Source: a virus
DNA length: 64,000 nucleotides
IMG/VR virus record: IMGVR_UViG_3300025018_000098
Span: 32,001 to 96,000 of that record
Reading direction: 5' to 3' (one strand)
The translations under genes were made by a program, and so were the position numbers. The notes beneath the pieces were generated by a model that saw only the letters and a program-made list of their open reading frames with translations, did no database searches and was not told the DNA's origin. Positions within the stretch are counted from its first letter, which is position 1. Each line of letters starts with the position of its first letter. Positions 18,087 to 27,712 of the stretch are shown piece by piece.

Positions 18087-19098
18087 CACTCTCCCTCTGC
18101 TGCGCGCTGCTGGCGGCGGCGGAGTTCTAGCGAACGCCGTAGTCAGTGAGGCTACTATCATGGTGTGCTGTCCGTTCCACAATGAACGTACTCCCTCATG
18201 TGCAGTCAGCCGTAGCAAGCCCGTGTTCTTTTGTCATGGCTGCAAGGAGAGCGGGCACATCCTACGCCTCATGGAGGCTTACGGGATGTCGAGGTCCCTG
18301 GCAAAGGCCTCTGTGGACCGCCTCCACTTCGAGGACAGGCAGAACACTGTCTCTCGAGCCAACAGCTTCTACCGCAAACACGTAGGCCCTAATCGATACC
18401 GGGGGGACTACATCCTTGACGAGGACATCCTCGATGACTTCCGCCTGATGCCCAACGCGCTGCGAAAGCAGGGCTTCTTGAAGAGCACACTGAGGCACTT
18501 CGAGGTGGGCTTCGACGCGGCAAGGTGTCGCATCACGTACCCCATCCGGAACATCTACGGAGAGCTCGTAGGCATTTCGGGACGTACGGTCATCGACGAG
18601 GAGCCTCGCTACAAGATCTACAAGAGAGAGCTCCAAGAGGTGACGGGCATACCCGAAGACTACACCTTGGAGCGCATCAAGAAGGCCACCATGTGGCACG
18701 CCCACATCAGCTACCCCCACCTGTACAACAGTAGGGACCCCATCGTAGTAACGGAGGGGTTCAAGGCAGCGATGTGGCTTTGGCAGTGCGGGATCGACAA
18801 CGTAGTGGCCCTCATCGGGTCCTCAATGTCACAGCTGCAGGCTAACCTCCTCACTCACTGTGGAGAGGTCTTCCTATTCCTCGATAACAACGAGGCAGGA
18901 ATCTTAGGCACCGCGAAGGCGGGCTCCTTGACTACCGGGACCATGACGTATGTCGCGAAGTACCCGGATCTTAGAGAACAGCCTGACGATCTCGATAAGT
19001 ACGAGATCCGAACGGCACTGAAACTAGCTGAACCGTTTACCAACTGGAGAATAGATAATGTCGGGATTCGTAAAGCGCCGAGGCGCAGTTGGACGTAG
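18079..19098 (+). CDS. dnaG: DnaG-type DNA primase
   Basis: CPFHNERTPS..FFCHGC Zn finger; RITYPIRN..GISGR; PRYK; Toprim TEG and FLDNNEAG. Confidence 0.92.
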   Translation: MSDTLPLLRAAGGGGVLANAVVSEATIMVCCPFHNERTPSCAVSRSKPVFFCHGCKESGHILRLMEAYGMSRSLAKASVDRLHFEDRQNTVSRANSFYRKHVGPNRYRGDYILDEDILDDFRLMPNALRKQGFLKSTLRHFEVGFDAARCRITYPIRNIYGELVGISGRTVIDEEPRYKIYKRELQEVTGIPEDYTLERIKKATMWHAHISYPHLYNSRDPIVVTEGFKAAMWLWQCGIDNVVALIGSSMSQLQANLLTHCGEVFLFLDNNEAGILGTAKAGSLTTGTMTYVAKYPDLREQPDDLDKYEIRTALKLAEPFTNWRIDNVGIRKAPRRSWT

Positions 19099-20431
19099 TA
19101 GCTTCGCCAACAAGGGTCGGGCGCGTCGGGAAAAGCAACAAAGTGGCGGGAACCTCCCGGCCGGAATGTTCGAGCGCTTCAAGCCCTTGACCAGCAAAGG
19201 CCAGTGGGTCCGCATCCCTCGACTGGAGCACACCTACGAGGTGTACGACCGGAGCGAGAAGGAGGTGGTGACGCTCGAGGGCATGCCCTGGGTCGAGTAC
19301 ACCTACCACTGGTACAACACGGGCAGTCGCGGGTGGACTTGTTCCTCCGGGGCCCACAGGGACAAGCCCTGTTACGGGTGTGCCGAACGGGACGCCTTCT
19401 ACGAGAAGCTTCGTGAGAAGCAGCGCAAGCAGCGTGCCGCTACGGGCATGAGCGACGAAGAGAAGAAGGCCAACAGTCCGGCCATCAGCGCGTCTGCCCA
19501 GTATGCCCTCGCGGTGACTGGTGTGGACACCTACTACGAGGTGCCCCTTACCAACAAGGATGGCAGCCCTCGAAAGAGCAAGGCGGGGAACGTAATCAAG
19601 AACTACATCCCGCGTTCTCTGGCGAAGAAGCACGAGCTGTCCCTGCCCAGCAAGATGGGACACAATATGCACTGGAGCTTCGGACGCAACCACTGCGACC
19701 AGCTCATCCAGTTCGACGAGCAGCTCTACAACAGCTGCGCAACCTGTGCCAGCGACATGTCCTGTAAGGCTGTCGTATGCACGGAGTGCAGCGCGGTGGA
19801 GGCTCTCGAGGAGGAGATCTCTGGAGACGAGCTCCTGGAGGTTCGCGATAGCCTCGATGGGGCTACTTGTGGGGAGTGTGGGGCCAAGGACAGCCTTGTG
19901 ACCCAGATGCTCTGTGAATGTGGTGAGCCCCAACCCGGCTCGCTGTACGACTTCGATCTGCGCTTCAAGGCGGTGTCCTCCGGGGAATCCACCATCCTGA
20001 AGATCTCGGACATCCGTGTCCCAGTGCAGAATGACGACATCGACAAGCTGCTCGCGACGCCTCTGGACGTCAAGGCCATCTTCGCCGGCACCCCGATCAG
20101 TGTGCAGGCCCAGATGCTCGGTGAGCGCGCGAAGTCGATTGACCCCTCCGGAGGCAAGCTCGCCTCGTCATACACCAAGGACGAGGACGGCGATGAGGGT
20201 GGGGACGACGAGGATGAAACCACGTCGGACAACGTGTGGGGCAGCGGCGCTGCTCCTACGAAGGGCAAGAAAACTGCTTCTGTAGGCCGGAAGAAGGTCG
20301 AGGAGGCGGAAGAAGACGAGGGCGATGAGCCTGACGAAGACGACGTTCCGGAAGATGACGAGGACGATGAATCGCCTCCGCCCCGCAAGGTGGCTGCGAA
20401 GAAGTCCAAGACTCCCCCCTGGCGCCGATAA
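19058..20431 (+). CDS. Putative single-stranded DNA-binding protein (gp32-like) with Zn ribbons and acidic tail
   Basis: Position between primase and polymerase; H..C..CYGC; further CxxC pairs; long D/E-rich C-terminus. Confidence 0.55.
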   Translation: MSGFVKRRGAVGRSSFANKGRARREKQQSGGNLPAGMFERFKPLTSKGQWVRIPRLEHTYEVYDRSEKEVVTLEGMPWVEYTYHWYNTGSRGWTCSSGAHRDKPCYGCAERDAFYEKLREKQRKQRAATGMSDEEKKANSPAISASAQYALAVTGVDTYYEVPLTNKDGSPRKSKAGNVIKNYIPRSLAKKHELSLPSKMGHNMHWSFGRNHCDQLIQFDEQLYNSCATCASDMSCKAVVCTECSAVEALEEEISGDELLEVRDSLDGATCGECGAKDSLVTQMLCECGEPQPGSLYDFDLRFKAVSSGESTILKISDIRVPVQNDDIDKLLATPLDVKAIFAGTPISVQAQMLGERAKSIDPSGGKLASSYTKDEDGDEGGDDEDETTSDNVWGSGAAPTKGKKTASVGRKKVEEAEEDEGDEPDEDDVPEDDEDDESPPPRKVAAKKSKTPPWRR

Positions 20432-20434
20432 CAC

Positions 20435-22444
20435 ATGCCGCGCCTAAGACTGCTGCCTGAAGCAGTCGAGGCCAAAACACCAGAGGATTGTGCTTCCATT
20501 CTTCGGTACCTCGAAAGACGTGCCGAAGATGGGGGTGCGGTGTTTGGCATCGACACAGAGACTACAGGCCTCGACAAGATGCGCGATCGCGTTCTCTTTT
20601 GGTCCATGGCCACCGATGAGGATAGGTACTGCTTTCCCATAGGCATGTTGACCTTCTTTGATCCCCTCTTCGACAACAAAGACATCACCTGGGCCTTGGC
20701 CAACGCCAAGTACGATATGCACCTGCTCAAGAATATGGGCACGGAGCTGACAGGGCCTAAGGACGACATCATCGTCATGGATGCCATGGTGGATGATACT
20801 CGAGCGCACGGCCTCAAGGACCAGGCAGACTACGCCTACGACGCCCGCTGGGGCGACTTCAAGGAGCTCTTCCTCGATCCATACTTCGTGGGGAACGTAC
20901 TTGGCTTCGACAAGAAGGACTACGCCGAGTTCAAGAAGATGGGTGTGGGAGACAAGCTACTACGAGTCTACGGGCAGTCCCCTCAGACCGTTGTGGACTA
21001 CGCATCGTGTGATGCCTACTTCACCCTGATGCGCCACCGGGACCTATCCAATGCGCTAGCATCGGAAGAGCTGCCCACTCAGATGGTGGCGGGTATGTCG
21101 ACGCTACTCGACTACTACACGATCATCGAACAGCCGATGACTCAGTGTCTGTGGGACATGGAGCGCAAAGGCATCCTCATCGACCAGGACTACATCAAGA
21201 AGCTGGATATCCCAATGCGGGAAGGCATCAAGGGTCTCGAGTCTGAGCTGCACCGCATCGCAGGCAAGACGTTCAACCCCAAGAGCCCTGACCAGTTGAA
21301 GTGGATCCTCTACGACGCTGAGGGCGGCTTCGGCATGAAGCCCATCCGGTACACCAAGGGCGGTAAGTCAGTGCCCAAGCCTTCCACAGATGAGAAGACT
21401 CTCGACATCCTGATGCAGAAGCACGCAGGAACTGTCGCGTCTCAGTTCATCAAGAAGCTGCTGGAGCACAGAAGCCTAGTCAAGCTGCATGGTACCTACG
21501 TCAAGGGCATCATGAAGTACATCGGGCCGGACAACCGGCTGCACACGAAGTACAACCAGGCTGGGGCACGTACGGCACGTCTGAGTTCGTCTGAGCCCAA
21601 CGTTCAGAACATCCCGCGCCCGGATCCCATGAGCGATCCTTACATGCTGCGAGGGGCCTTCATCGCCAGCCCGGGTAAGGATCTCATCGACCGAGACTAT
21701 CCCCAGATCGAGTTCCGAGTCGCCGCCGTCAACGCGAATGACGAACGCATGATGACTGCCGTTCGCAACGGCTGGGACATCCACAACGCGAACACCGCGA
21801 ACATGTACGGCATTCCGTATGAGGACGTGGCCCTCGCCAAGAGCAAGAAGAAGGACGAGCTGACCAAAGAAGACAAGGCCATTCTCCGTAAGCGACAGGA
21901 GTCGAAGACGGTTGGGCTTGGCACTCTCTTCGGTGAAGGTGCTCGTAAGATGGCAGCCCAGCTGAACATCTCTGTGGACGCTGCCTACTCCCTGAAGAAC
22001 CTGTTCTTCGAGAAGTACCCAGGCATCGAGCAGAACATCTACGAGATGCACGATTTCGCTCACGAGTACGGGTTCACGTACACCATGCTCGGGCGTAAGC
22101 GCCGCCTCCACAAGATCAACAACAGTTTCTCGAACTTCATTGTTGCTCAAGAGGAACGGCAGGCATACAACACATCAGTACAGGGTTCCGCGGCCGAGCT
22201 CATCAAGCTCGCCATGCTGCAGATCCACTTCGACAAAGACCTCCGCAGTCTTGGTAACGACCTCCTACTCACAGTCCACGATGAACTCCTATCCGAGGCG
22301 CCCAAGGGTGTGTCGAAGGACGTCGGGCTACGTATGGAGGAACTCATGCAACATCCCCTTCACTGGGGGCCCATCCAGCTCGAGTACCCAGTACCCATCC
22401 AGCCGGATGGTGACAACGGGTATCGATGGAGTGAGCTGCACTAG
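20435..22444 (+). CDS. polA: Family A DNA polymerase with 3'-5' exonuclease
   Basis: DTETTG, NAKYD, YASCD; RLSSSEPNVQNIP; motif A DYPQIEFR; motif B RQESKTVGLGTLFG; motif C VHDEL. Confidence 0.96.
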   Translation: MPRLRLLPEAVEAKTPEDCASILRYLERRAEDGGAVFGIDTETTGLDKMRDRVLFWSMATDEDRYCFPIGMLTFFDPLFDNKDITWALANAKYDMHLLKNMGTELTGPKDDIIVMDAMVDDTRAHGLKDQADYAYDARWGDFKELFLDPYFVGNVLGFDKKDYAEFKKMGVGDKLLRVYGQSPQTVVDYASCDAYFTLMRHRDLSNALASEELPTQMVAGMSTLLDYYTIIEQPMTQCLWDMERKGILIDQDYIKKLDIPMREGIKGLESELHRIAGKTFNPKSPDQLKWILYDAEGGFGMKPIRYTKGGKSVPKPSTDEKTLDILMQKHAGTVASQFIKKLLEHRSLVKLHGTYVKGIMKYIGPDNRLHTKYNQAGARTARLSSSEPNVQNIPRPDPMSDPYMLRGAFIASPGKDLIDRDYPQIEFRVAAVNANDERMMTAVRNGWDIHNANTANMYGIPYEDVALAKSKKKDELTKEDKAILRKRQESKTVGLGTLFGEGARKMAAQLNISVDAAYSLKNLFFEKYPGIEQNIYEMHDFAHEYGFTYTMLGRKRRLHKINNSFSNFIVAQEERQAYNTSVQGSAAELIKLAMLQIHFDKDLRSLGNDLLLTVHDELLSEAPKGVSKDVGLRMEELMQHPLHWGPIQLEYPVPIQPDGDNGYRWSELH

Positions 22445-22461
22445 CTCACGGAAAGAGGAAT

Positions 22462-22632
22462 ATGGAAAAGTACGGTGTCCAAACCAATCCAGAAGAGATG
22501 GTCAAGCAGGGTGGGGGCTGCGAACGAGAAGACTGCCCCAAGGAGCTCGACCACTCGACCAACCCGCCCAAGTGTGCCGTGTGTGGGTACGAACACCTGA
22601 GCGGCAGCAAGGAGGTTCCCGATGGCCGGTAA
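22462..22632 (+). CDS. Small Zn-ribbon protein, 56 aa
   Basis: GAGGA SD; MEKYGVQTNPEEMVKQGGGCEREDCPKELDHSTNPPKCAVCGYEHL...; below track cutoff. Confidence 0.7.
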   Translation: MEKYGVQTNPEEMVKQGGGCEREDCPKELDHSTNPPKCAVCGYEHLSGSKEVPDGR

Positions 22633-24172
22633 GCGATGGAGTCCTGCTCGTCGAGCGCAGGCAGATGAGTTGTTCGGGCAGGGCAGCACCCCTGCCCAGA
22701 TCGCGAAGGCTGTCGATCTCCCGCTGCCTATGGTCAAGGAGTACCTGGTAGCGGCCCCAGCGAAGGCCCCGACCAAGAAGACTGTGGTCAAGAAGGTCCC
22801 GGCCAAGAAGGCGAAGGCCGCTGCCAAGCCCACACTCGAGGACGAGGACGACGAGCTCGAGCTTGAGGGTGACGACAGTGATGGGGATGATGCAGCAGAG
22901 AACGAGCGTCCTGCCAAGAAGATCGCATCCAAGGGCCGGAAGCAGGAGAAGAAGGCTGCCAAGAAGACAGCGGCTCCTACCCGTAAGGAAATCATCAACA
23001 GCCTGATTGCGTCAACCAACGCTGCGTATAAGGGGCAGGTCCTGCAGCGCGCATCAGAGACCAAGACAAGCTACCTGCTACGAAGGCCTACTGGTGTGCT
23101 GTCCCTGGACATCGCGCTGGCAGGTGGTTGGCCGGCTGGGGCACTGTGCCTGCTTTCTGGGCCAGATGGGGCAGGCAAGGACCTGCTCTTGAACTACAGC
23201 ATTGCGCAGCAGCAGCGTCTCCAGGGGAAGGACTCCGCAGCCGTCATCCTGGGTACGGAGTTCAAGTACGACAAGCCCTTCGCTCGAGACTACTGCGGAG
23301 TGCAGGTTGCTCTGACGAAGGACGAGATCGACGAGGTCAACCAGGGACGGGACATCAAGGGCCTGCCTCTGCTGACCCTTGAGGAACGCCACGAGTACCA
23401 GAAGCAGGTGGGGGAGATCCTTCTCCTGCAGGGCCTCATCATGGACGATGCTCTCGACATCCTGTTGGACTGCATCGCGGCGAACACGTTCCAGCTCGCG
23501 TTCATCAACTCCCTCGGGGTCATGCAGACCGCGGCCAAGGAGGAGAAGAGCGCCAAGGAGGGGTTGTCGGCACATGCCACGCAGTCCAACGAGGCACAGC
23601 TTCTGTCGCGCTTCATGCCCATGCTGTTCACATGCTTGAACAGGGCCTCACACGATGGTCACGCAAACGAGACTGCCATCCTGGCTACCAGCCAGGTGCG
23701 TGCAGAGCGTGACCTTCCTCGAGCCCGCCCAGGTATGCGCCTGGCAGAGAAGCAGAAGTACAAGACGGGCTCCGGCTCCTGGGCGCTCAAGCACGGCAAG
23801 GCCATCGAACTCATGCTCCACAAGGGCACCAAGTTCTTCGACAAGTCGGTGAGCCCGCCCATGGTCATGGGCAACGAGATCCAGTGGGAGACCAAGAAGG
23901 GCAAGCTTGGTACTCATGAAGGACTTCGAGGCCAGTTCGACTTCTACTTCGGAGATGGGCTGGACACCCTCGCGGACCTCATCAAAACGGCGATCGAGTA
24001 CGACGTGATTGAGCAGGGCGGTGCCTGGTACTCCTACACCACCAAGGATGGGGAGGACATTCGGGGACAAGGTATCGACAAGTTCCGCAGGCACTTGGTG
24101 TTCAACGAGGAGCTCCAGATGGAGATTCGCGAAGAGACCATGCGCGCTGCAGAAGTCGTCTGCGTCTACTGA
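22622..24172 (+). CDS. recA: RecA-like recombinase with ~120-aa N-terminal extension
   Basis: PTGVLSLDIALAGGWP.G, GPDGAGKD, SQVR, GSWALKH; RecA C-domain VIEQGGAWYSY..GQG. Confidence 0.88.
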   Translation: MAGKRWSPARRAQADELFGQGSTPAQIAKAVDLPLPMVKEYLVAAPAKAPTKKTVVKKVPAKKAKAAAKPTLEDEDDELELEGDDSDGDDAAENERPAKKIASKGRKQEKKAAKKTAAPTRKEIINSLIASTNAAYKGQVLQRASETKTSYLLRRPTGVLSLDIALAGGWPAGALCLLSGPDGAGKDLLLNYSIAQQQRLQGKDSAAVILGTEFKYDKPFARDYCGVQVALTKDEIDEVNQGRDIKGLPLLTLEERHEYQKQVGEILLLQGLIMDDALDILLDCIAANTFQLAFINSLGVMQTAAKEEKSAKEGLSAHATQSNEAQLLSRFMPMLFTCLNRASHDGHANETAILATSQVRAERDLPRARPGMRLAEKQKYKTGSGSWALKHGKAIELMLHKGTKFFDKSVSPPMVMGNEIQWETKKGKLGTHEGLRGQFDFYFGDGLDTLADLIKTAIEYDVIEQGGAWYSYTTKDGEDIRGQGIDKFRRHLVFNEELQMEIREETMRAAEVVCVY

Positions 24173-24519
24173 TGGCCCGTGCGCACAAGAATCGTATGAG
24201 GGCCACCGTAGCTACCGAGGCGCGTGTCGCCAAGGACTACGGTGGCCAGCGCACCCCCCGCTCAGGGGCTGACCACATCAAGGCCGACGTACGCAAGAAA
24301 GATAAGCTGCGCGTTGAGGTGAAAGAGACCGAGAAGCTCTCGTACCGCTTCCACATCGATGACTGGATGAAGCTGGTCGGTGAGGCGAAGAAGGCTGGCG
24401 AGATGCCAATCTTCCATATCGTGCTCACAGATAGGCACGGCAAACAGCATGACCTCACGGTGCTTCGGCACCAGGACGCATCCGTCATGATCAACGAACA
24501 CTTTGCAGAGGGGGACTGA
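24172..24519 (+). CDS. Hjc-like PD-(D/E)XK Holliday junction resolvase
   Basis: EARVAK..GG.RTPRSGA...ADV.....VEVK. Confidence 0.75.
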   Translation: MARAHKNRMRATVATEARVAKDYGGQRTPRSGADHIKADVRKKDKLRVEVKETEKLSYRFHIDDWMKLVGEAKKAGEMPIFHIVLTDRHGKQHDLTVLRHQDASVMINEHFAEGD

Positions 24520-24520
24520 C

Positions 24521-25366
24521 GTGATTGTCCTGGAAACAATAGAGGACCTCGAGAAGGTCGCTGGAGGCACCGACCTGATCGACCTCGATCAGGAGTACGA
24601 CAACGCCCTAGCCAATGACCCCAAGCGGGTACAAGAGACTCTGGTGCGTCAGGGATACTTCCATCCCAGCGCAGTAGGGATGTGCGGTCGGCGCAACGTG
24701 TACGAGGTCATTCGGGCCCCGCTCACAACAGACGTGCTGAAGCCACAGACCTTGGAGATCTTTGAGCTGGGTCATTCGATCCATGCTCTTGTGCAGAAGC
24801 GCTTCCACGACTACTTGGGGCCTTGGCTTCGGAGTAAGGGGCTCGAGTACGAGTTCGAGGACGAGGTGCCGCACAACCCCGAGATAGACGCCCTCTTCCT
24901 AGCTCTTAGGGTTGGGGGGACGGCGGATGGCCTGCTCAAGATCGTAGCACCAAAACTGTGGTCCATGCGGGCGGTCCTTGAGATCAAGTCCATCAATGAT
25001 GCGAACTGCGGGAAGCTGAAGGGGCCGAAGGATGAGCATGTGGAGCAGGCACACCTGTACGCATATCGGTTCAACTGCCCTCTTATCATCCTCTGGTACT
25101 ACAACAAGAACAACAGCTCGCGCCGTGTGTATGTCCTACGCTTCGACCACAGCATCTTGGAGAAGGTCCTCAAGAAGTACGAAGGGTGGAACACTCACGT
25201 AAACGAAGGAACGCTGCCTCCGCGAGAAGAGTCCTTCTTCGGGTGTGGGGGATGCTCATACCAAGAAGAGTGTGGTCCTTTGAGTATGAAGTCCCTACAC
25301 AACAAAACAGCAGCGAAGACAGCCCGTAAGAAGGGGCTGGGAAAGCGAAGAGGTACCCGTGGCTAG
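24521..25366 (+). CDS. Cas4-like PD-(D/E)XK exonuclease with Fe-S cysteines
   Basis: PSAVGMCGR, GHSIH, GTADG, LEIKS, QAHLY, CGGCSYQEEC. Confidence 0.85.
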   Translation: MIVLETIEDLEKVAGGTDLIDLDQEYDNALANDPKRVQETLVRQGYFHPSAVGMCGRRNVYEVIRAPLTTDVLKPQTLEIFELGHSIHALVQKRFHDYLGPWLRSKGLEYEFEDEVPHNPEIDALFLALRVGGTADGLLKIVAPKLWSMRAVLEIKSINDANCGKLKGPKDEHVEQAHLYAYRFNCPLIILWYYNKNNSSRRVYVLRFDHSILEKVLKKYEGWNTHVNEGTLPPREESFFGCGGCSYQEECGPLSMKSLHNKTAAKTARKKGLGKRRGTRG

Positions 25367-25985
25367 ACTGAAGACCAAGGGGGCTGGCGTCATCAACGAG
25401 GCCCAGACCAACGCCAACACGGAGGCGCTCTATGGGCTGACCGAGTCCATCCAAGAGAAGCTCGTGCACGAGTTCGGCATCGAGGAGTACCCTCGTCCGA
25501 GTGGTGCCCCAGAGCCACTGAGTGAGGTAGACGTGGGGGCCATGGCCAACATCGCACTTGGGAACCTGTACTCCCAGTACGTGGCCTACTCGGTGTACCT
25601 CAACAACAAGCTCACGGACATCCGGTGCTTGTCGAAGACGGCGAAGATCGTCCTAAAGAACGTGTCCGCAGACATCAAGCTCCAACTCCTGTCGGAGGGG
25701 GTGCCTAAGGACCAGGTGTCTGCACAAGTACGAGCACACCCGAAGTTCAACGAGCTCGAGATCGAGTCGCTGAAGTTCGAGATCATGTCCGAGAAGGTCG
25801 AGACGTACGCCAAGGGGTACCGGGACCAGGCTGCGGCCCTCTCTCGGAACATCGAGCTCCGCAAGCTGGAGTTCGAGCAGCAGCTGCGAGAAGGGCATGT
25901 CCAGAAGACCAAGGGTATGGCTACCGCAACCGGGGATGCTAGCAGACGCCGAGGCCTCGGACGCACGGTACGGACGGGCAAGTGA
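25359..25985 (+). CDS. Helical coiled-coil protein, possible UvsY-like recombination mediator
   Basis: All-helical pattern; context beside RecA and nucleases. Confidence 0.45.
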   Translation: MARLKTKGAGVINEAQTNANTEALYGLTESIQEKLVHEFGIEEYPRPSGAPEPLSEVDVGAMANIALGNLYSQYVAYSVYLNNKLTDIRCLSKTAKIVLKNVSADIKLQLLSEGVPKDQVSAQVRAHPKFNELEIESLKFEIMSEKVETYAKGYRDQAAALSRNIELRKLEFEQQLREGHVQKTKGMATATGDASRRRGLGRTVRTGK

Positions 25986-26509
25986 GGACGAAGAGCGGTA
26001 AGCCTCTTCTCGCACAACCCTCCGCTCCTGTCAGGGCGGAGGGCACCCCCGTGCTGGTTGTAGAGACTACCCTAAGCTCGCCGCCTCCAGTGTCCATCAA
26101 CGACGCCTACACAACCTTCCGCGGGAAGCGCAACCTCACGGCTGCAGGAAGGCACTACAAAGATGCGCTAGGGGCCGCCATCGGGAGCGCCACCCTCGAC
26201 TGGAAAACGGGGCATGACGCGATCTATAAGCAAGGTGGATGGGCAACACTGGAAGCCCATCTGTACCTGACCAGTCTGCGCAACGCGGCCTGGATTCCTG
26301 GAGGCAGCAAGACCAAGGGCGGCAAAGAGCGGCAACCCTGGAAGGTTCAGGATGCCTCGAACTACGTGAAGCTTCTCGAAGACGCCGTGGCCAGCGGGTC
26401 CGGCATCGACGACTGCAACACCATGCGGGTCTGTGTCCAAAAGCACTTCGACACAACCAATCCCAGGATCTTCATTCGGTACACCATATGGAAAGGGCAT
26501 TATGAATAA
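25982..26509 (+). CDS. rusA: RusA-family endodeoxyribonuclease
   Basis: PPVSIN.AY; DASNYVKLLEDAV....IDD. Confidence 0.82.
   Translation: MRTKSGKPLLAQPSAPVRAEGTPVLVVETTLSSPPPVSINDAYTTFRGKRNLTAAGRHYKDALGAAIGSATLDWKTGHDAIYKQGGWATLEAHLYLTSLRNAAWIPGGSKTKGGKERQPWKVQDASNYVKLLEDAVASGSGIDDCNTMRVCVQKHFDTTNPRIFIRYTIWKGHYE
26222..26239 (+). promoter_or_regulatory. Possible internal class A promoter
   Basis: ATCTATAAGCAAGGTGGA matches the extended consensus except the 5' end; lies within rusA. Confidence 0.45.
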
Positions 26510-26747
26510 GAAGCTCGAGACCATTACGGTGGATCTCGACACAGAGGCTCATGCACCCACCTTCGTGGTTTGCTACGGTCGAAGTACGACATTCCGTGTC
26601 GAGGGCAGGCAGGCAACCGTAGACCAGGGTTCTCGGTCTGTGGTACATCGCTCGCTCTGCGTCAGCCGACCTTACGGGGATGAGCGCTGTGGGCTGTGCC
26701 CGCAACGCATCTTCACCATCTCCTTGGAGGCCCGAGGAGCAACCTGA
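26502..26747 (+). CDS. Hypothetical protein, 81 aa, Cys-containing
   Basis: Overlaps rusA stop; CVSR...CGLC. Confidence 0.6.
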   Translation: MNKKLETITVDLDTEAHAPTFVVCYGRSTTFRVEGRQATVDQGSRSVVHRSLCVSRPYGDERCGLCPQRIFTISLEARGAT

Positions 26748-27070
26748 TGGACACACTCAACAAAACAGAGCTAGTGCAGTTGGCCCAAGTACTCAGCGAA
26801 TCCGCGAATCGCGGGATGTCTCGAGAAGAGCTCATCGCGATCATCGAGGAAGAGTGGGACGGTCCTGTACAGAAGCACAACATCAACAAGAGTCGGCATC
26901 GATTGTACGAGTACATCGATGCGAACTGGAAGCAGCTCGAAGCCCTCCTGAGCTGCCCTATGCGTACGCGCAAACCAAGATCATGCTTCAGGTGCCTGGA
27001 TATTCAGGTAGCTGAGTGCATCGTAACCAATCCCCAAATAATGAAGCGAGATGAAGATGAGCAAGAATAA
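26747..27070 (+). CDS. Hypothetical protein, 107 aa, helix-extension-helix-like N-terminus plus Cys cluster
   Basis: TGATG overlap, GAGGAG SD; LNKTELVQLA...MSREELIAII; C..CFRC..C. Confidence 0.65.
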   Translation: MDTLNKTELVQLAQVLSESANRGMSREELIAIIEEEWDGPVQKHNINKSRHRLYEYIDANWKQLEALLSCPMRTRKPRSCFRCLDIQVAECIVTNPQIMKRDEDEQE

Positions 27071-27686
27071 GAAGGACCCGAGTCAGCTGAAGCAGATCCT
27101 CACCGACCTGGGGGCCCCCCTCACGAAGGAGCAATGGGGAGAGCTCAAGACAACCCGGGACCAGCGCCTGTCGGAGCTGTTCCGGGCGGGCGGATACGCT
27201 GCGCGGGAGTTCATTGGCTTCAGCGTCGATGTTGCGGCCGAGACTGCACTGGAGCTCCAGGCCGAGTTCTTCGAGGAGCCTGCCAAGGGCGCCAAGAAGA
27301 CGGCAGCCAAGGGCAAGTCCGCAGCCAAGGCTTCGGTAACCAAGGCCAAGGCCGCATCGAAGAAGCGCGCGGCGGTGGAGGATGACGAGGACGAAGGTGA
27401 GGAGGAGAGCAGCGGGGGTGCTGCTGACTCCAGCGAGATCGAGGCTGCCCTGGCCTACATCGCGGAGAAGCTGGAGAAGCTGGACCTGCTCGACGAACTG
27501 GCCGAGAAGGTCACCTCCCTCGAGGCGGAGCTTGCCGAGACCAAGTCCTTCGTGCTCGAGACGCACTTCGGGTTCGCCTGTATCGCCCTGGGTGACGAGG
27601 ACATCCGTGCGAGCTTCGAGGACCCGGCCATCTGCGAGGAGATGCTGGGTACTCTGCAGTGCGACGGTGACGACTCGGGAAACTGA
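27051..27686 (+). CDS. Hypothetical protein with K/A-rich and acidic low-complexity linker and coiled coil
   Basis: Strong codon bias; start 27051 or 27057. Confidence 0.75.
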   Translation: MKMSKNKKDPSQLKQILTDLGAPLTKEQWGELKTTRDQRLSELFRAGGYAAREFIGFSVDVAAETALELQAEFFEEPAKGAKKTAAKGKSAAKASVTKAKAASKKRAAVEDDEDEGEEESSGGAADSSEIEAALAYIAEKLEKLDLLDELAEKVTSLEAELAETKSFVLETHFGFACIALGDEDIRASFEDPAICEEMLGTLQCDGDDSGN

Positions 27687-27712
27687 GAGGGCCGGCACCC
27701 CAGGTAGTCGAT

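Noticed and set aside
6787-20817. Long antisense ORFs such as 6787..7749, 10184..11053, 19037..19933 and 19726..20817
   Set aside because: Antisense shadows expected from high GC3 codon bias; no motifs, and they fully overlap well-supported genes.
24521-25366. Cas4-like gene as evidence of a CRISPR-Cas system
   Set aside because: No repeat-spacer array or other cas genes seen; solo Cas4-like nucleases are common in phage recombination modules.
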